Positions 26,740 through 40,325 of a stretch of 64,000 nt of DNA are shown piece by piece; positions within the stretch are counted from its first letter, which is position 1; each line of letters starts with the position of its first letter. A model generated the notes under the pieces. The model was not told where the DNA came from. It did no database searches and worked only from the letters and a program-made list of their open reading frames with translations. Source of the DNA: Tubulanus polymorphus (Eukaryota; Animalia; Nemertea). The position numbers and the translations under genes were made by a program. The stretch spans positions 2,379,950 through 2,443,949 of the forward strand of contig NC_134026.1 of NCBI RefSeq assembly GCF_964204645.1, given 5' to 3'.

Positions 26740-26872
26740 CACTCTGTAAAGAGACAACTTTTTGTTCAGCTTCACCGAGTTTCCTAGCTACGTCCATCTG
26801 CATCTGTTGCAACTGTTGTTCTTTTTCGAGGAATTGTCGTTGAAGCTCGCGCTCTTTCTCCTTCGCTCGAGA
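26740..26872 (-). CDS. CUX1: CUX/CASP coiled-coil exon
   Basis: 133 nt, phase 0-1. SRAKEKERELQRQFLEKEQQLQQMQMDVARKLGEAEQKVVSLQS. Confidence 0.94.
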
Positions 26873-27830
26873 CTGAAAAATATACAACACGATCGTCATT
26901 CGTAATTGCGCGGAACGCGACGGAAAAACATCATTCCTAAAATAGATAGAATAGATTACAATTGAGAGTTCACACTCGGCTTAAACAAGTGCTTGTTGTT
27001 TCTCATCTCGTTGAATAATTGATTAAATATTAATAAACATGATTAGAATCTTCTTTATTCGAGTCTTACAAAGCTTTTTCGCTTGAACGTTGATATCTTT
27101 GGGGCATATTGCTCGTTGCGAAGATGAAAAAAAAAAATCAAACTGCAAAAGCTGAACGGGGTTCCGACGAACTAGGAAGTTGAGTATGTTGCAGCCGAAT
27201 GAAATCCAAATGTCAAACCTAGCCAAAAACCAAACGTTCAATATTGCTAATTGCATCGAATATATTGGTCAACGCGAATTAATCCTGATATAATACGAGC
27301 GGGGCGTTATTAAACAACTACAGGTACGGCGCGCGAACGAGAGCTTTCTCTTTCATCGCAACAATCAAATTTGCCGTCAGCGAAAAACACAACAAGCAAA
27401 TAGATCTGTGACGACGCATCGAAGATTTTCAATCCGAGCAACGTTTCGTTCATCATTAACAAATTGTTATCTCGGCTTCCAATCATCAGTGATCAGAACC
27501 GGCGCTCGCAGTCCTCTTTACCCCTCAACGTTAAGCCGCTTACGGGCTTAAACTTGCATCTTCGGTTCCAAGGGCTGAATTGAACTGCCATCCGCAATAA
27601 TTACAAAAGACCCGACTCAAAGGAAATAATTATCGGACAAATCCTCCGCACCCCTCCGATCTAAATGGGAAAACATATGCTCTGATGGTCGCAATCAGGA
27701 AATCAACACGCGGAGGACATCACATCGTAGTCGGTGTTCTGAACTCTACATCCATTTAAACTAACAACCGATGTTCATCATCAAATATGATAAATAAGTT
27801 GATTGGTGATGACTCACATTGTGTCGGCTA

Positions 27831-28697
27831 TCTCTCTCTGTCTCTCGATCACCGGTTTCTATTTCAGCTCTGATCACTGGTTTCTATTTTAGCTCTGATC
27901 ACTGGTTTCTATTCTAGCTCTGATCACTGGTTTCTATCCTAGCTCTGATCACCGGTTTCTAACCTAGCTCTGATCACCGGTTTCTATTCTAGCTCCGATC
28001 ACCGGTTTCTATCCTAGCTCTGATCTCTCTCTCTGTCTCTCGATCACTCGTTTCTATTTTAGCTCTGATCACCGGTTTCTATTCTAGCTCTGATCACCGG
28101 TTTCTAACCTAGCTCTGATCACCGGTTTCTATTCTAGCTCCGATCACCGGTTTCTATTCTAGCTCCGATCACCGGTTTCTATCCTAGCTCTGATCTCTCT
28201 CTCTCGATCACTGGTTTCTATTCTAGCTGTGATCACCGGTTTCTATTCTAGCTGTGATCACCGGTTTCTATTCTAGCTGTGATCACCGGTTTCTATTCTA
28301 GCTCTGATCACCGGTTTCTATTCTAGCTCTGATCACCGGTTTCTATTCTAGCTCTGATCACCGGTTTCTATTCTAGCTCTGATCACTGGTTTCTATTCTA
28401 GATCTGATCACCGGTTTCTATTCTAGCTCTGATCACCGGTTTCTATTCTAGCTCCGATCACCGGTTTCTATTCTAGCTCTGATCTCTCTCTCGATCACTG
28501 GTTTCTATTCTAGCTCTGATCACCGGTTTCTATTCTAGCTCTGATCACCGGTTTCTATTCTAGCTCTGATCACCGGTTTCTATTCTAGCTCTGATCACCG
28601 GTTTCTATTCTAGCTCTGATCACCGGTTTCTATTCTAGCTCTGATCACCGGTTTCTATCCTAGCTCTGATCTCTCTCTCGATCACTGGTTTCTATTT
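27831..28697. repeat. 25-bp minisatellite (AGCTCTGATCACCGGTTTCTATTCT)n punctuated by (TC)n tracts
   Basis: About 30 direct tandem copies visible. Confidence 0.95.
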
Positions 28698-28730
28698 GGA
28701 ATGAATTTTTGGGTGAATATCTGGAACATT

Positions 28731-28936
28731 AGCTGCGTTCACACTATAGTCGTGATCACATGAGCACTATGATCCAGGGCAAATCATCTCCGTGTGATCG
28801 CAGTGAATCGCTATCACCAGTTCACTCTAGGACCTGGAGTTTGATCTGGACATGATCTTTTTGGTCAGTCTAAATTGGTCCGTTCTAAAATTAACTAACT
28901 GAAAGTTTGTTTCGAACGTTCAGTATGAATGCAGCT
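28731..28936. mobile_element. Harbinger-like MITE
   Basis: Imperfect inverted ends AGCTGCGTTCACACT / AGTATGAATGCAGCT; no clean TSD. Confidence 0.5.
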
Positions 28937-30025
28937 GTTGACAGATAGCCGCGATCGAAGCCAAGGCCAATCGTATTCGCACAATCAAATCAAATCAAAT
29001 GATCGATAGAACAGATGCTGTTTCAGCCCGGTCTATAGAAACATTTGACTCATAGAAAAAAAGAATTTGTGGGAAATGAAATAAATGAATCCTGGTGATA
29101 GCGAGAAAGTTCTCGGTAAGTTTTGTCATCACGACGTAGTGTTGTATCACTAGTGCAAAAATCAGATAATTTCGCGAGTTAAGATTAAAAGGCCGACTTG
29201 ACAGCGCTTCACTGAGGCATTTCCTGTCGTAATGAGGCATTCTACCGGCGTTATGCGCGATTCAAATGAAATTTAGACAAAAACCGATCAGACGTAAAAT
29301 TCATCCGCACGATTTTCCCGACCATTTGACTTAGAGGCGCGTAGACGCGTGATGGCGTCGCCTTCCATCTCGTTGTTTCGCAATAACCCGATATTTTTTC
29401 GTCGGCAAGCGCCACCACCAGTGATATAAGCGTGATGTTTTTTTTTCGCGCCGGGGCCTCGCTCGGCGGTGATCCATACGTTTTTAAAATCGATGAGTTT
29501 TCATATCCTCGAGATATTTCCATTATGAAGTGAAATTTCAACACTGACGGCTATGATTTAGATTATCTCACGCGACAAACGACAACTCGCAAAAGAATGG
29601 ATTTTCCACCTATATTTTACCGTAATGAATTTCCGACTAAAAAACCCGTGAAATTGATATGATGATGGGAACGAGAACAGCGTGTTCTTTTTCGCGCAGA
29701 TCGCGATTGTCTTCATTGACAAATTCGAAACTCAAAACACACGTAAGGCACGCGCCAATGCGTGCGTCATTGCCACTTTCTCTTTTTCCGATACGTAAAA
29801 CAAAACCCGGTTAATTCGCAAACATTCTTCAAAACAATACTCTTTCTAAATGTTATGTTTTAAAATGGTAACGGTTTCATGGAAATGTCGAGCTTAAAAA
29901 CTTTGAAATCTTGTGAAAACAATCCTAAGTTTTCACAGCTATTTCATAAACAAGGCAAATGTAAGAAATCTCGCTTTATAGCTGACATTTATGAGAAACC
30001 TCAAAGAATTATCTGTTATTTTTAC

Positions 30026-30093
30026 CTGAGCGGCTGTTTCCATTTTGTCTTCATATTCTTTCACTTTTTCTTTCAATTGTTTTATCGTTACTT
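30026..30093 (-). CDS. CUX1: CUX/CASP coiled-coil exon
   Basis: 68 nt, phase 1-0. EVTIKQLKEKVKEYEDKMETAAQ resembles CUX1 EVTIKALKEKIREYE. Confidence 0.94.
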
Positions 30094-30563
30094 CTACAGA
30101 AGGTAAAAACAAACAATTTTTACATTATTTCAAATACAAACAACAGATTCAGTGACGTTAAGTGGACAGAACACTTTACTCTGTAACCGAGGCCATCAAC
30201 CTCCACATGTAACTATATGAAATATTGAAGATTTATATTGAGGATTAATAACATGAAATTAGGCAATGTTTCTACCCATCTGAGAGATTTATTTTCAAAA
30301 AGAGTTTTCAAATAAATCTCGAAAAGATGGTTAGAAACATTCTACCTGAATACATAAGTCGAACTAATTTTTTGTTATCAATCTTCAATAATGCTGGTTG
30401 TTTATCTAATATTAAATAGATTTCGCAAAGTTCAAATTGATTTATCCCGGTTACAGTTAAAACCGGGCCTTACAGATCTGAGAGCAAATAGGAGATTTTC
30501 ACTAGTTCTATAGTAAACAAACTGAGAACTTGTTTCAACGACTCCAAGCAGTTTTTTACATAC

Positions 30564-30701
30564 CTTGATTTTTTACTTCAGCAAATTCATGGTTATATTC
30601 GTCTAACGTTTCTCTAAGTTGCTTGTTCTCGATTTCTAGGTCTGATACTCGTTGCGCCCTCTTTTGGAACGTCAATGCTTGTTCAAACACAGGAAGTGGA
30701 T
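30564..30701 (-). CDS. CUX1: CUX/CASP coiled-coil exon
   Basis: 138 nt, phase 1-1. DPLPVFEQALTFQKRAQRVSDLEIENKQLRETLDEYNHEFAEVKNQ. Confidence 0.95.
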
Positions 30702-30921
30702 CTGTAATGATATCAAGCGACAACGTAACTCATTAGTAACTCATTAGTCCGCGGCGAGGTAAATAATTTAAACCTATTTAATTTAAGACCTCCTCCGAGG
30801 GGGGATTTACCAGTTGAATATTACTGACCCCATGTGAAGTATTATTAATTTGTACCTTACATCAAAGTTGTCCAATATTGAGCCCAAACTTAACAGTCTG
30901 CTGAGAATTCTAAAACACCAG

Positions 30922-31025
30922 GACCCAGTTCGACAGTTTGGGATTAGAATTTCACCAGGTTCATCACATTAATCAGAATTTGAACAAATTAATTAACTAA
31001 TCTTGCGTCCAACATGAACTGGATC
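30922..31025. mobile_element. Short MITE with CAG TSD (PIF/Harbinger-like)
   Basis: CAG|GACCCAGTTC...GAACTGGATC|CAG. Confidence 0.55.
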
Positions 31026-32204
31026 CAGGAATTAGTTCCATCCCAGAGACAAGTGTTTAATTGACTTTAAAGGTTAAGGATACATGGAAAATCTGCAGAA
31101 AATTGAACCATCGAAGAAACACTATTCCGTGTTGTGGCGATAAAAAGAGAATCTACCTTTAATCAGATAAGAATCTTAGATATAAGCAAACTTTTTTGGA
31201 CTTCATCTTTCGTCATATCAGTGTGTGGGATTCTCGATTTACTGCAGAAAGAATGTTCAGAACTATTGCAATAAAACGTAAAGGGTTAACGAATGTATTG
31301 TTTCAATGAAATCATTCTGATGATTCAATTCTTGGAGCGGTATCGGGATAATTATGAAAATTGAACTATTCAATATGACGTATAATGCACAATAGATATA
31401 CGAGTTAGTAGACATTAATATCTGGACTACAAAAACGACAATTTCAACTACTCGATATCCATTAACAATAGACGTGACGGAGAGAAAAATATCCTGCGCA
31501 AAGTGGTTGATGAGATGACATTGGAAAACTACTAATTAGTCGAACACAAGATAATAATAACGACTTTGTGAAATTGATAGTAAAACAATACTTCATCGCG
31601 TGTCTATTATATCCGGTTAATTTATCAACAACTTCGGCAAAAATGTTGCCATCGCTTGACAAAATATTTTTCACCGATGTCAATTAAAAACGTTCGCGCT
31701 CGAGAAAATACATCGGTTTTACGACTCGACGTGCCGCGATAGTTTCATACTAGACTGGTGTTGATTTAGATGACTAAACTCCGATCATCGTTATAGATAT
31801 ATATTTTTTCAGGGGGAAAGTAAGAGGGGGGCGAGGGGGGAGTAGCGATCAGCGATAATTCACGAAGGCTAATATAACTGTAACTCAACGCACAAGTATT
31901 ACGCTTCAACATCTAAAGTAAGTTTTAAATATTTATCTAAGCTCGGAAGGTAACGAATACGATACCACACCCGATGTTTATCTAATATTTGATAATCATC
32001 TTCTCATCAAAGTAATTAGACTCCACGCAAGTTAGTTTCATATCCACTTTCATCGGTGGGTTCTTTTTCATGCTTGCGTGAAATATGTATAACCATTCCA
32101 TAACTTATCTATCCGTTCATTCAAGGATTGGTTTTGTTTTCGCTCAGAAGACAGACCCAAAAACGTGACTGTCTTCTGAGATCTGAATAATATTAGCAGG
32201 ATAT

Positions 32205-32652
32205 AGCCGCGATCATAAGACCCGGGCTAACCATTCACACTGGTGCCAATTGGATCCATGCCTTTTGAGCCCAACCAAAAATGTCCGCCCCGGCTAACCA
32301 TTCACACTGGTGCCAATTGGATCCATGCCTTTTGAGCCCAACCAAAAATGTGCGACCCAGCTCTTGCCAAAATCTTAGCACTGGCTAAATTATTCCCTGA
32401 TAAATGGTTCTGGAAGTGACTTAGCACAGCAGAGCAGCCACTTTACACCAATTGCAAATTTCCTGAGTTTTCTCTGAATTTTCCAGAGTTTTCCAGTCGT
32501 TCCCGGTCAGTGACCACCCTGTTGACGGTATCGAAAGAATTTTGATACAACTTCAGTAACGAGTGATGATTTACATGTTTACTCTTATTGGGCACCAGCT
32601 AAATTTGACTCGGGTCTGGTCCAAACCAGTTTGACCCGAGCTAAATCATCTC
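32205..32652. mobile_element. Diverged copy of the AGCCGCGATCAC MITE family, with a 67-bp tandem duplication and a nested CCCTG-ended repeat
   Basis: Starts agccgcgatca. 32596-32651 is a reverse-complement match to the family's gagacgatttggcccg...gacccgagttaaattt segment. 32225-32291 is duplicated at 32292-32351. Confidence 0.55.
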
Positions 32653-33396
32653 TTACTAATCGTCTCTTCTTACATTAAGAAATTTTTTGAAGACACACGA
32701 AAAACAGGAAGCATTTTGTGTTCTATATATCATGTTTAAAAGACTTTCAGGGATTGACTGCGTTTAAGAAGTGAACCGCCTCGAAAGGTCATAAAATATT
32801 CAATTCCATTCGAGCAGTAATCAACTTTGGTCAATAGGAACGGAAATGGTAACCGTTTGGAAAACTGCACCGCAAGCGAAACAAAACTGAAAACAGACAA
32901 GAGGTCTACAGGCTATTAAAACGAACAGCTATCAATTCTTCATTTTAAACCGCTATCTCGATGCCCCTGCGCTATATTATTGTCTTGCAAACATCAGAGA
33001 AGCAATTCGAGATATTTTTCTCATATGATCTTGACAAGCAACAATGTATCCCAAGGCTTCCGATGCTTTCGCGTTATCAGACAAATATTTGTAGCCACTT
33101 ACCACCAACACACGCATAATGCATCATCAAAAACACTGAGTTCAAATTCAACTTAACTAAAATTGCTTTATGTTTTTAACAGAATTTGTTAACCTCCAGT
33201 TTCAGGGTTTGGAGTCTTTCTAGTCTATATCTAGTCCGAATTAAAACTTGCAGTTTCGGCCGAGATTATTGAGGAATTCATATAACCATAATTATCAATA
33301 TAGAGATACAGATAACCCCCTGGGAACAGCTTCTCTCAAGAGGAATTTGAATTTAGTTTCGCCAACACCCCTGGAAATAACTCGAACATGCCTTAC

Positions 33397-33523
33397 CTGG
33401 TACATCTATTAGTTTCTTGTATATGGTCAAGAAGGCTGCCTCAGCCGCTTTGCTTCGTTTGGAAAGAGCGTCTATTTCTCCTTGAAAACTTTTCAACAAC
33501 GGAGCGACGATTTTTCTTATATC
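33397..33523 (-). CDS. CUX1: CUX/CASP N-terminal exon
   Basis: 127 nt, phase 0-1. [42 protein letters not shown], close to CUX1/CASP. Confidence 0.96.
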
Positions 33524-36492
33524 CTAAAAATACAGAAAATAGAAATATCAAAATGATATCGGAATCGCGCCAAACTTCATGAAGCCGGAATGTTTATATC
33601 GTTTACTATACTAACAGCAATAAATAGAAAAGAAAAAAAAAACAAGACTTGTTTTCGTAGTTGACTGAAAGCGAACCGATAGGTGCATAGCTTATTCAAA
33701 ACTATAAAAGTTGTATTGAAAAGCGAAAAAACATGGACAAAAAAAGACATAAATTATTGGAATCAGCGTCGAATCGACGTTCAATGGCTCCGATATTAGT
33801 GTTCAAAGTTGATATAAATTACGGAGAGAACACGTCGAAACTATGTCAGAATGAGGTTATCAAACGCAGCCAATACAGTCGATCATCGGAAATAGGCTTA
33901 TAAAATATGCGGAATAGATGCAGATGAACTGCCAGCAGACGAAAGTACGCTCGCAGCGAATACCTTTGAAGTTATTGATGATAAAAAACGCCGGGTGAAG
34001 GCGAAATTGATGGATCGTAATATATACATATGAGATGCACGTCTAAAATTAACTGCGGAGCCCGACGTAACATTTTTTTTTTACGAATGCATACATAATA
34101 CGCATAATACGCCGACATAGAAAAACATGTACAGGTGATGGGTCTGTACATCTACAGATCAAGTTCAATTTACGCGAGCAAGGTGCTCATTTTCAGTTGA
34201 TCAATTCTGATAGAAGATTAACTAACGCGATACGGAACAGCTCGCTGCGCCGTAAAACAACAGTTACGCGGCTTTTATAGTGTTTGGATGCCTCTTATAT
34301 AAGCCCGATCTATTTCGATAGCGCGCGTTCTTACGACATCGACCGACGACAACGTTAAATTCTACCCGTCTTATCGGGTCTCATTGTCGCGGACGAAGTG
34401 TTTCGGCGGCGTTGGTCGCCGTAACGCCCCGCACCGGCGCTTAATCGAGTCATTATCGGACGACGCGCGCATCTAACGAACCGGAGATGATAACGACTAG
34501 AAATTGAGATTCGTGAAATTGCGAATAAGGCGCCGCCCGGTGACGAGAAACAATTAATACCGATCTGATCAGAAGATGAAACTAGGATATTGTATTACAC
34601 AGTCCAACAGAAATTCATTGTACGTCGTAGTCGCATCCTGTTTTGGCTCTTAATTATTAGCTTCATCAATTTCGGACCAGTTTCCTAATTGATGTACATT
34701 TCCTCGCACGCGCAGCAGCAGCAGCAGCAGCAGCAGCATCAGCAGCGGCGATGGTGGCGTGTTGGTTTTCACCAGTACGTTCGAAACGCTGGCCTTTTAA
34801 TTATTCCAACAACGCCCGCTGAACGCACAGGAAGAAAGTGTCCCCCGTTGATCTGTTATTAATAATATATCGTTTCGGTGAAGAGTTCGATTATATCAAG
34901 CCACCTCAGCTGCTGCTGCTGCTGCTGCTACTGCTACTGCTTTTACTGTTCATGATGTGAACACACCTAGTTAAACTAGTTACAAACACAACGACCGCTT
35001 CAAATTTCTTCCAAGTTATTAGCAGTCACAGACGACCAGCTCTCCACCGATTACTACAATCATTATTGATTGTGAATGTGATACTGTGTTAGATGGTTAG
35101 TTAACAATGAGCGATGCATGATTTTCACCTTTGCTTCACACTGCTTTCTGTCACGATAAAACTGATATAACAAGCCGTATAAGTCACAAAATACTAACTA
35201 CACACCATCATTGGATAATGAGTCGTATATTAGTTTCTTACATAGCTGCCAGATGGCTCTACAGTATTTAGATTTCAACTGTCTTCGATGTTATGGAAAC
35301 GTGTCTCGGATTGGAATCAAATCGATTCATTTGTCTTTAATCATCATCATTCGAACGCAATATCATCTTTTATAGGGATCATCAGAACCGGCGTTTAGGA
35401 GTATCTATTATCGACGAATTAAGTTTAAAAAAGAATTTAAAATTTTCGTCGTTTTTTTTCATGGATCATCGTTTATTCGTTGCATAACAAAATGATCGTA
35501 ACGGATACGATATTTGAATCGGCGTCTTGACAATACGTCACCTACGAGCCGCACCTGCCCGAGCCCCGGTTCAATAACGCTTCAAAATTTCAAACGCCGC
35601 AGACATTTTCCTATTGAAAAACGGTGAATAGAATTTATAGGAAGAGCTCGGTGAACTGATTTCAACGAGCCGAACACAATCAACCGCCATCACAAAAGCC
35701 ATGACGAAAACAGAGCATAAAATTCAATGCGAATCTTGAATATCGGCGATTTGAATCTTGAAAACGGCTAACTTTGAATGTGAACACGTTGCTTAGCAGC
35801 TGCCCCTATTGTCCGCGTTGGTCGCCTGATATAAAGACATGACCATTAGACAACCTATCTATCTTTATCAATTCGCTAACAGCATTGAACGTTTGAGATT
35901 TTTTTTTCGAATATTAGGTCACCGCGTCTGGTCATGTATTATTCTCGGTTTAGACATAATTACAGTGATTTTGAGAAGGCGAGTTTGATTTATTATACCC
36001 GTCACCCGTCCTCAGTCGTCGTCCGTTGGTCGGTCCTGATTTTGCTCTTTTCTTTTAAAGAAATCATTGTCGATCGCCTTTGATTAGTTACGACACAACG
36101 ACATTTACGACATACGAAGTAAGAGCTAAAAGAAAAGCTCCGTCGAATGCGCTTCGAAAAAAAAAAAACGATTTCGCACGAATGTTTCGAAATTTAAAAA
36201 AGCGCCACAAGCTTTTTAGCGACTGAGGGAAACATTTTCTGAATAAGCAGCACTCGATATATCGTAGTTGAATTCTACGAAATATGAGTAATTACCCCAG
36301 TGATGTTTCGGTAATTAAAACGTATCGATTCCGTTAGCAGACCCGGCTGATTCCGAGAGTCGCCCGGAATATCATGTTTTCCCAAACATAAAAATTGCGC
36401 GGTACATATATCTGTTGATTATCTCATTTGACTATAAATCAACAGGCAGAACGCATCAATACGTGTTAAAGGCTGTTATCAGACATGGGAAT

Positions 36493-36495
<3 letters not shown>

Positions 36496-36576
<81 letters not shown>
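36496..36576. repeat. (TA)n microsatellite
   Basis: Perfect TA run. Confidence 0.95.
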
Positions 36577-36578
<2 letters not shown>

Positions 36579-39459
36579 AGGCTATACCATAAAAAAGCCT
36601 ATAATCCCATCAGTGTATTGGGATCCTATTACGGCTATCTGCAAATTCTGTTTTACACAATTAATGATTTCGATAATAATTTCAGAAATTACATCATAAC
36701 TCTTCGAAAAGAAATAATAATGCGATTTCATTGAAAATCTCAATAAAAATAAGTCCTTTTTTTTACCATAAGTTCAAATACTCGCCATTAGTGAATGATA
36801 TCTAACTGTTGAATATTCAATTGCTTTTGACTTGTCGTAATCATTTCATTTTCAAGTAATTTGAGATACATCGCATTTAATAAGCTTAGAAACGTAAATC
36901 CATAAATCCAATACTTTGTATCGCGTGAATAAATTATTGCCAGGATTTAAATGAGAAAGTATCTTCACATGAAAACTTTTTAAAATCGAAATACACAAAC
37001 ACGATGAGAGCTAACTTCGAGCCAATTTACGGATTCAGTCAGCCGACATTTTCTTTTGCAAAAGATGCATAAATTACTCTCATCGGAAATCAGCGAATAT
37101 TTTTCTCGCTTCCCAAATGAAAACCACATTTTAACGAATAACTATTTACGGTACGTGTGGCACTCCATCAATAATAACTACACTATTAAAAAATTCCGCA
37201 AAAAGTATTCAGCTTTATTTAGGCCAAGAGGTACTTCCAATAAATCAATCTATTCTAATAATTTATGGGTTCTATACATCCACGCACCAATAGGCCTCGA
37301 TAATGCCGAAAAAATTGCATAACCTAGTTGCCGTTGATAGAAAAACCATGAACAAAAAAAAAAAACGGGCACAAAATAAATTTTATAGTTTGAATTCGTG
37401 GTCTGCACAATAATCGAGCGACCGAACGACCGGGTTTGCAACGACGTATAATTGTACACACCGGCGCGGATAATAAAACGACCTCATTACGTATCGGCAA
37501 GAAAAAAATGATCAGAATCGTCGTCCTCGGCTAGCGATGACACAACGCCTGGCCTGATCGCATCGCGGCGCGTCGAGTAGTATAGAATCCAACTACGAGA
37601 AAATTGTTTGTCAGACGTCGAAGACATAAAATAGATTATACCATAAAACAACAATAAAACCTCATCGAAAATGCACATGCTTAAAAGCAACGCGGCTTTT
37701 ATATACTAGTGAAAGATGAGTGGAGCGTCATATATACCCTCTTAAAACATTCTATCGATTCCATCCCGTCTTATGAACAACTATAGCCAGGTATTACCAG
37801 TAAACCTGCGGCGGTCAGTTAAAAAACAAACACTCCCAGTTTACTTGTACGCAACATTTCGCGAATGTCAAAGATCAGTTCGATTCACTTCACAAAACTG
37901 ATTACGATTTATGAAAAAATTTATGAAAAACCGTTGAAGTAGTAGATATTATTAGAAACAAAGAAGTCTCACCCGTCTAAGACAAATTTTACAACTGATA
38001 CATATTCTTACGATCCGAACAAAAAAGGTATAAATCCTCCGATCATCGGCCGTCCTTGTATATAAACGAGTTCGAGCCAAATGATTCACGGAACGAAATC
38101 TAAATCGTTATTTCTTAAACCGTGCAATTATTATAGGCGAAAGATTAACATATTCAAGCGCATACAACTGCAATACAATTGATCGTCAGTGGATTAATGT
38201 ACAATTGGTTCTGGACGAATGAATAACAAGTACAAGTTACTGCAATACTGAATCAATAAGCAACTCTAACAGTAACGAATGACGTAGTCGTCGTACGGGA
38301 CATGTCCTCTTTCTTCATGACTGGGCCGATTATCGGATCAAACCGCGATCCCTGCACCGGTGAACTTCGACAACCCCCCCCCCCTCGATTCGCTCCCTCT
38401 CGACGACAAAACACACAACTTCATAAAATCACTGAATCATACGATCACAAATAAGAACGTCGTCGATCGATGGGTTTCGCGAAAACGATACAAACAGAAA
38501 TCTATCGAGTGAAACTAATTTATTTTCGCTCGTCACCGATGAGACATTTTGAAAACGCTTCGATTCGCGTTCAGACACGACTCTCGATATCCGAGTTTTG
38601 TTCGCGTTCCAATGAACACGCGTTTAGGGCCATTTTACCGATTCGACAAAAGGACTGGTCAATTATTGACCGCCGATGATTATTATTCAATTCAATGTAT
38701 GAACTTTAGGTCGAGGGTACTTTATCGAAATCGACTTGAGAAAAATAATCATGAAACGACGAACGAATGACGCTCTCTCTCGGTTCATAACCTCCCGACC
38801 AATATCTCATACGCTATTGAGAAGAATAAGAATAATAAACTGGACAGAAATTCGTAACAATAGATATATCTCTTATATCTTTAATCCGACACTGTATACA
38901 TGCTCCGGCCAAGTTAAACATCGTCGCCAGATCATCATATCACAAAGCTTCTTTCAGGTATCTTTTGATTTTGAGACCCGAAGCGGCGGCGATGTGATTG
39001 TCTCGAAATGCTCGGGTTGCTCGTCGAGCTCCTGCGGGGATCTTCATAACAATTCTCATCAATCGCTAGGGGTACTCGGGTATCCGCTTCATCAATGGCA
39101 GAAACTTCACCGATCTTTTTATAGTTGAGCACAAGAAAGCCCACAACTGACTGCGAGTTATAGACATCAGGGCGAATTGTGGACTGATACAATATGATTT
39201 TGATATGATTTATATTCTCCACAAAAATTTTTTATAATTGACAATTATATAAGATTTACAATATGGAGAGGGATTTACAGTAGTTACTTCCAACTCAAAA
39301 CCTAACTCAGTATTAGTACTGTGACAAAGTTTCCATTCACAAAGAAATGGGGACCATTCTGAAATTCCGAACAGACCTGGATCGGTTTTTCGGTCAGTCA
39401 AATTTGTCATATTCGCAATAAACTCTTTAGTTGTACAGACGCTCGGTCCGTTATAAATT

Positions 39460-39748
39460 CAGGGATGAAAACAGCCCATATTGAAAAAGTCGGAAAATAT
39501 TTTCAAAAAAAAGAATTTTTTTGGGGAACAAAAATCAGTAACTTTTAGCCAAAAAACTTACTTCCTTTTGGTCAAAAAGTTAATAGTTTGGGCCTGAATT
39601 AGAGCCGCTTTTTGAATGAGACGCCATATTGGTTTCTCCGACTCCACAGTTGTGCTAACTACCTCCGAAAACTACACTGTTCTCAGGAATAAAGAAAATG
39701 TTAGAAAAGGTCGGAAATCCGTCTATAGTCGGAAGATCTTCATCGCTG
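39460..39748. mobile_element. hAT-like non-autonomous element with 6-bp TSD
   Basis: TAAATT|CAGGGATGAA...TTCATCGCTG|TAAATT; 9 of 10 TIR positions match. Confidence 0.65.
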
Positions 39749-40325
39749 TAAATTGCAACATAGTGTTAGTGTGGCTCTATAGATTCTAATTCATTGCCTA
39801 AAAAACCGATATCTAATGTTCGGCAATGTAGAATATTTCGGAAAATCAATGTTTACCGATGATCAGTGTTTCTAACTGGCGACCCTGCGATCTACTGCGA
39901 ACACACGCAGTCAAATAATTGAATTATTGCAAAACGCGGATATCGGAAATCAATTGCTGGTAATTTTACTGTGAAACTGTAATGCACTTCGTCAAATTTG
40001 ATCATAAATTCAATAAACTTCGTGATCTATGATCATCAGTAAGCTATCAGTAATCGATCAGTAAGCTATCAGTAATCGATCAGTATAGATCTGACATGAA
40101 CTGCAATGATATTGATTACTGATGAAGTTTTCATTTGATTTTTCGCGAGACACACCCTCGAGATCGGCGTAAACCTATCCACCCTCGGCAGAGATTCGAA
40201 ACCCGATGGCGCCTCGAGACTCGACCCTGCCCGACTAGCCAACACAAGTACATGCCATGCACTGGAGAACATACGGCACCAATCACATAAATAGTAGTTT
40301 AATTGAAAATGAACTAGAAATTATA

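Noticed and set aside
38736-39410. Cluster of overlapping ORFs (130, 95 and 66 aa) in the large intron
   Set aside because: No recognisable domain and no convincing splice sites in compatible phase; may be decayed TE sequence, but I cannot support a call.
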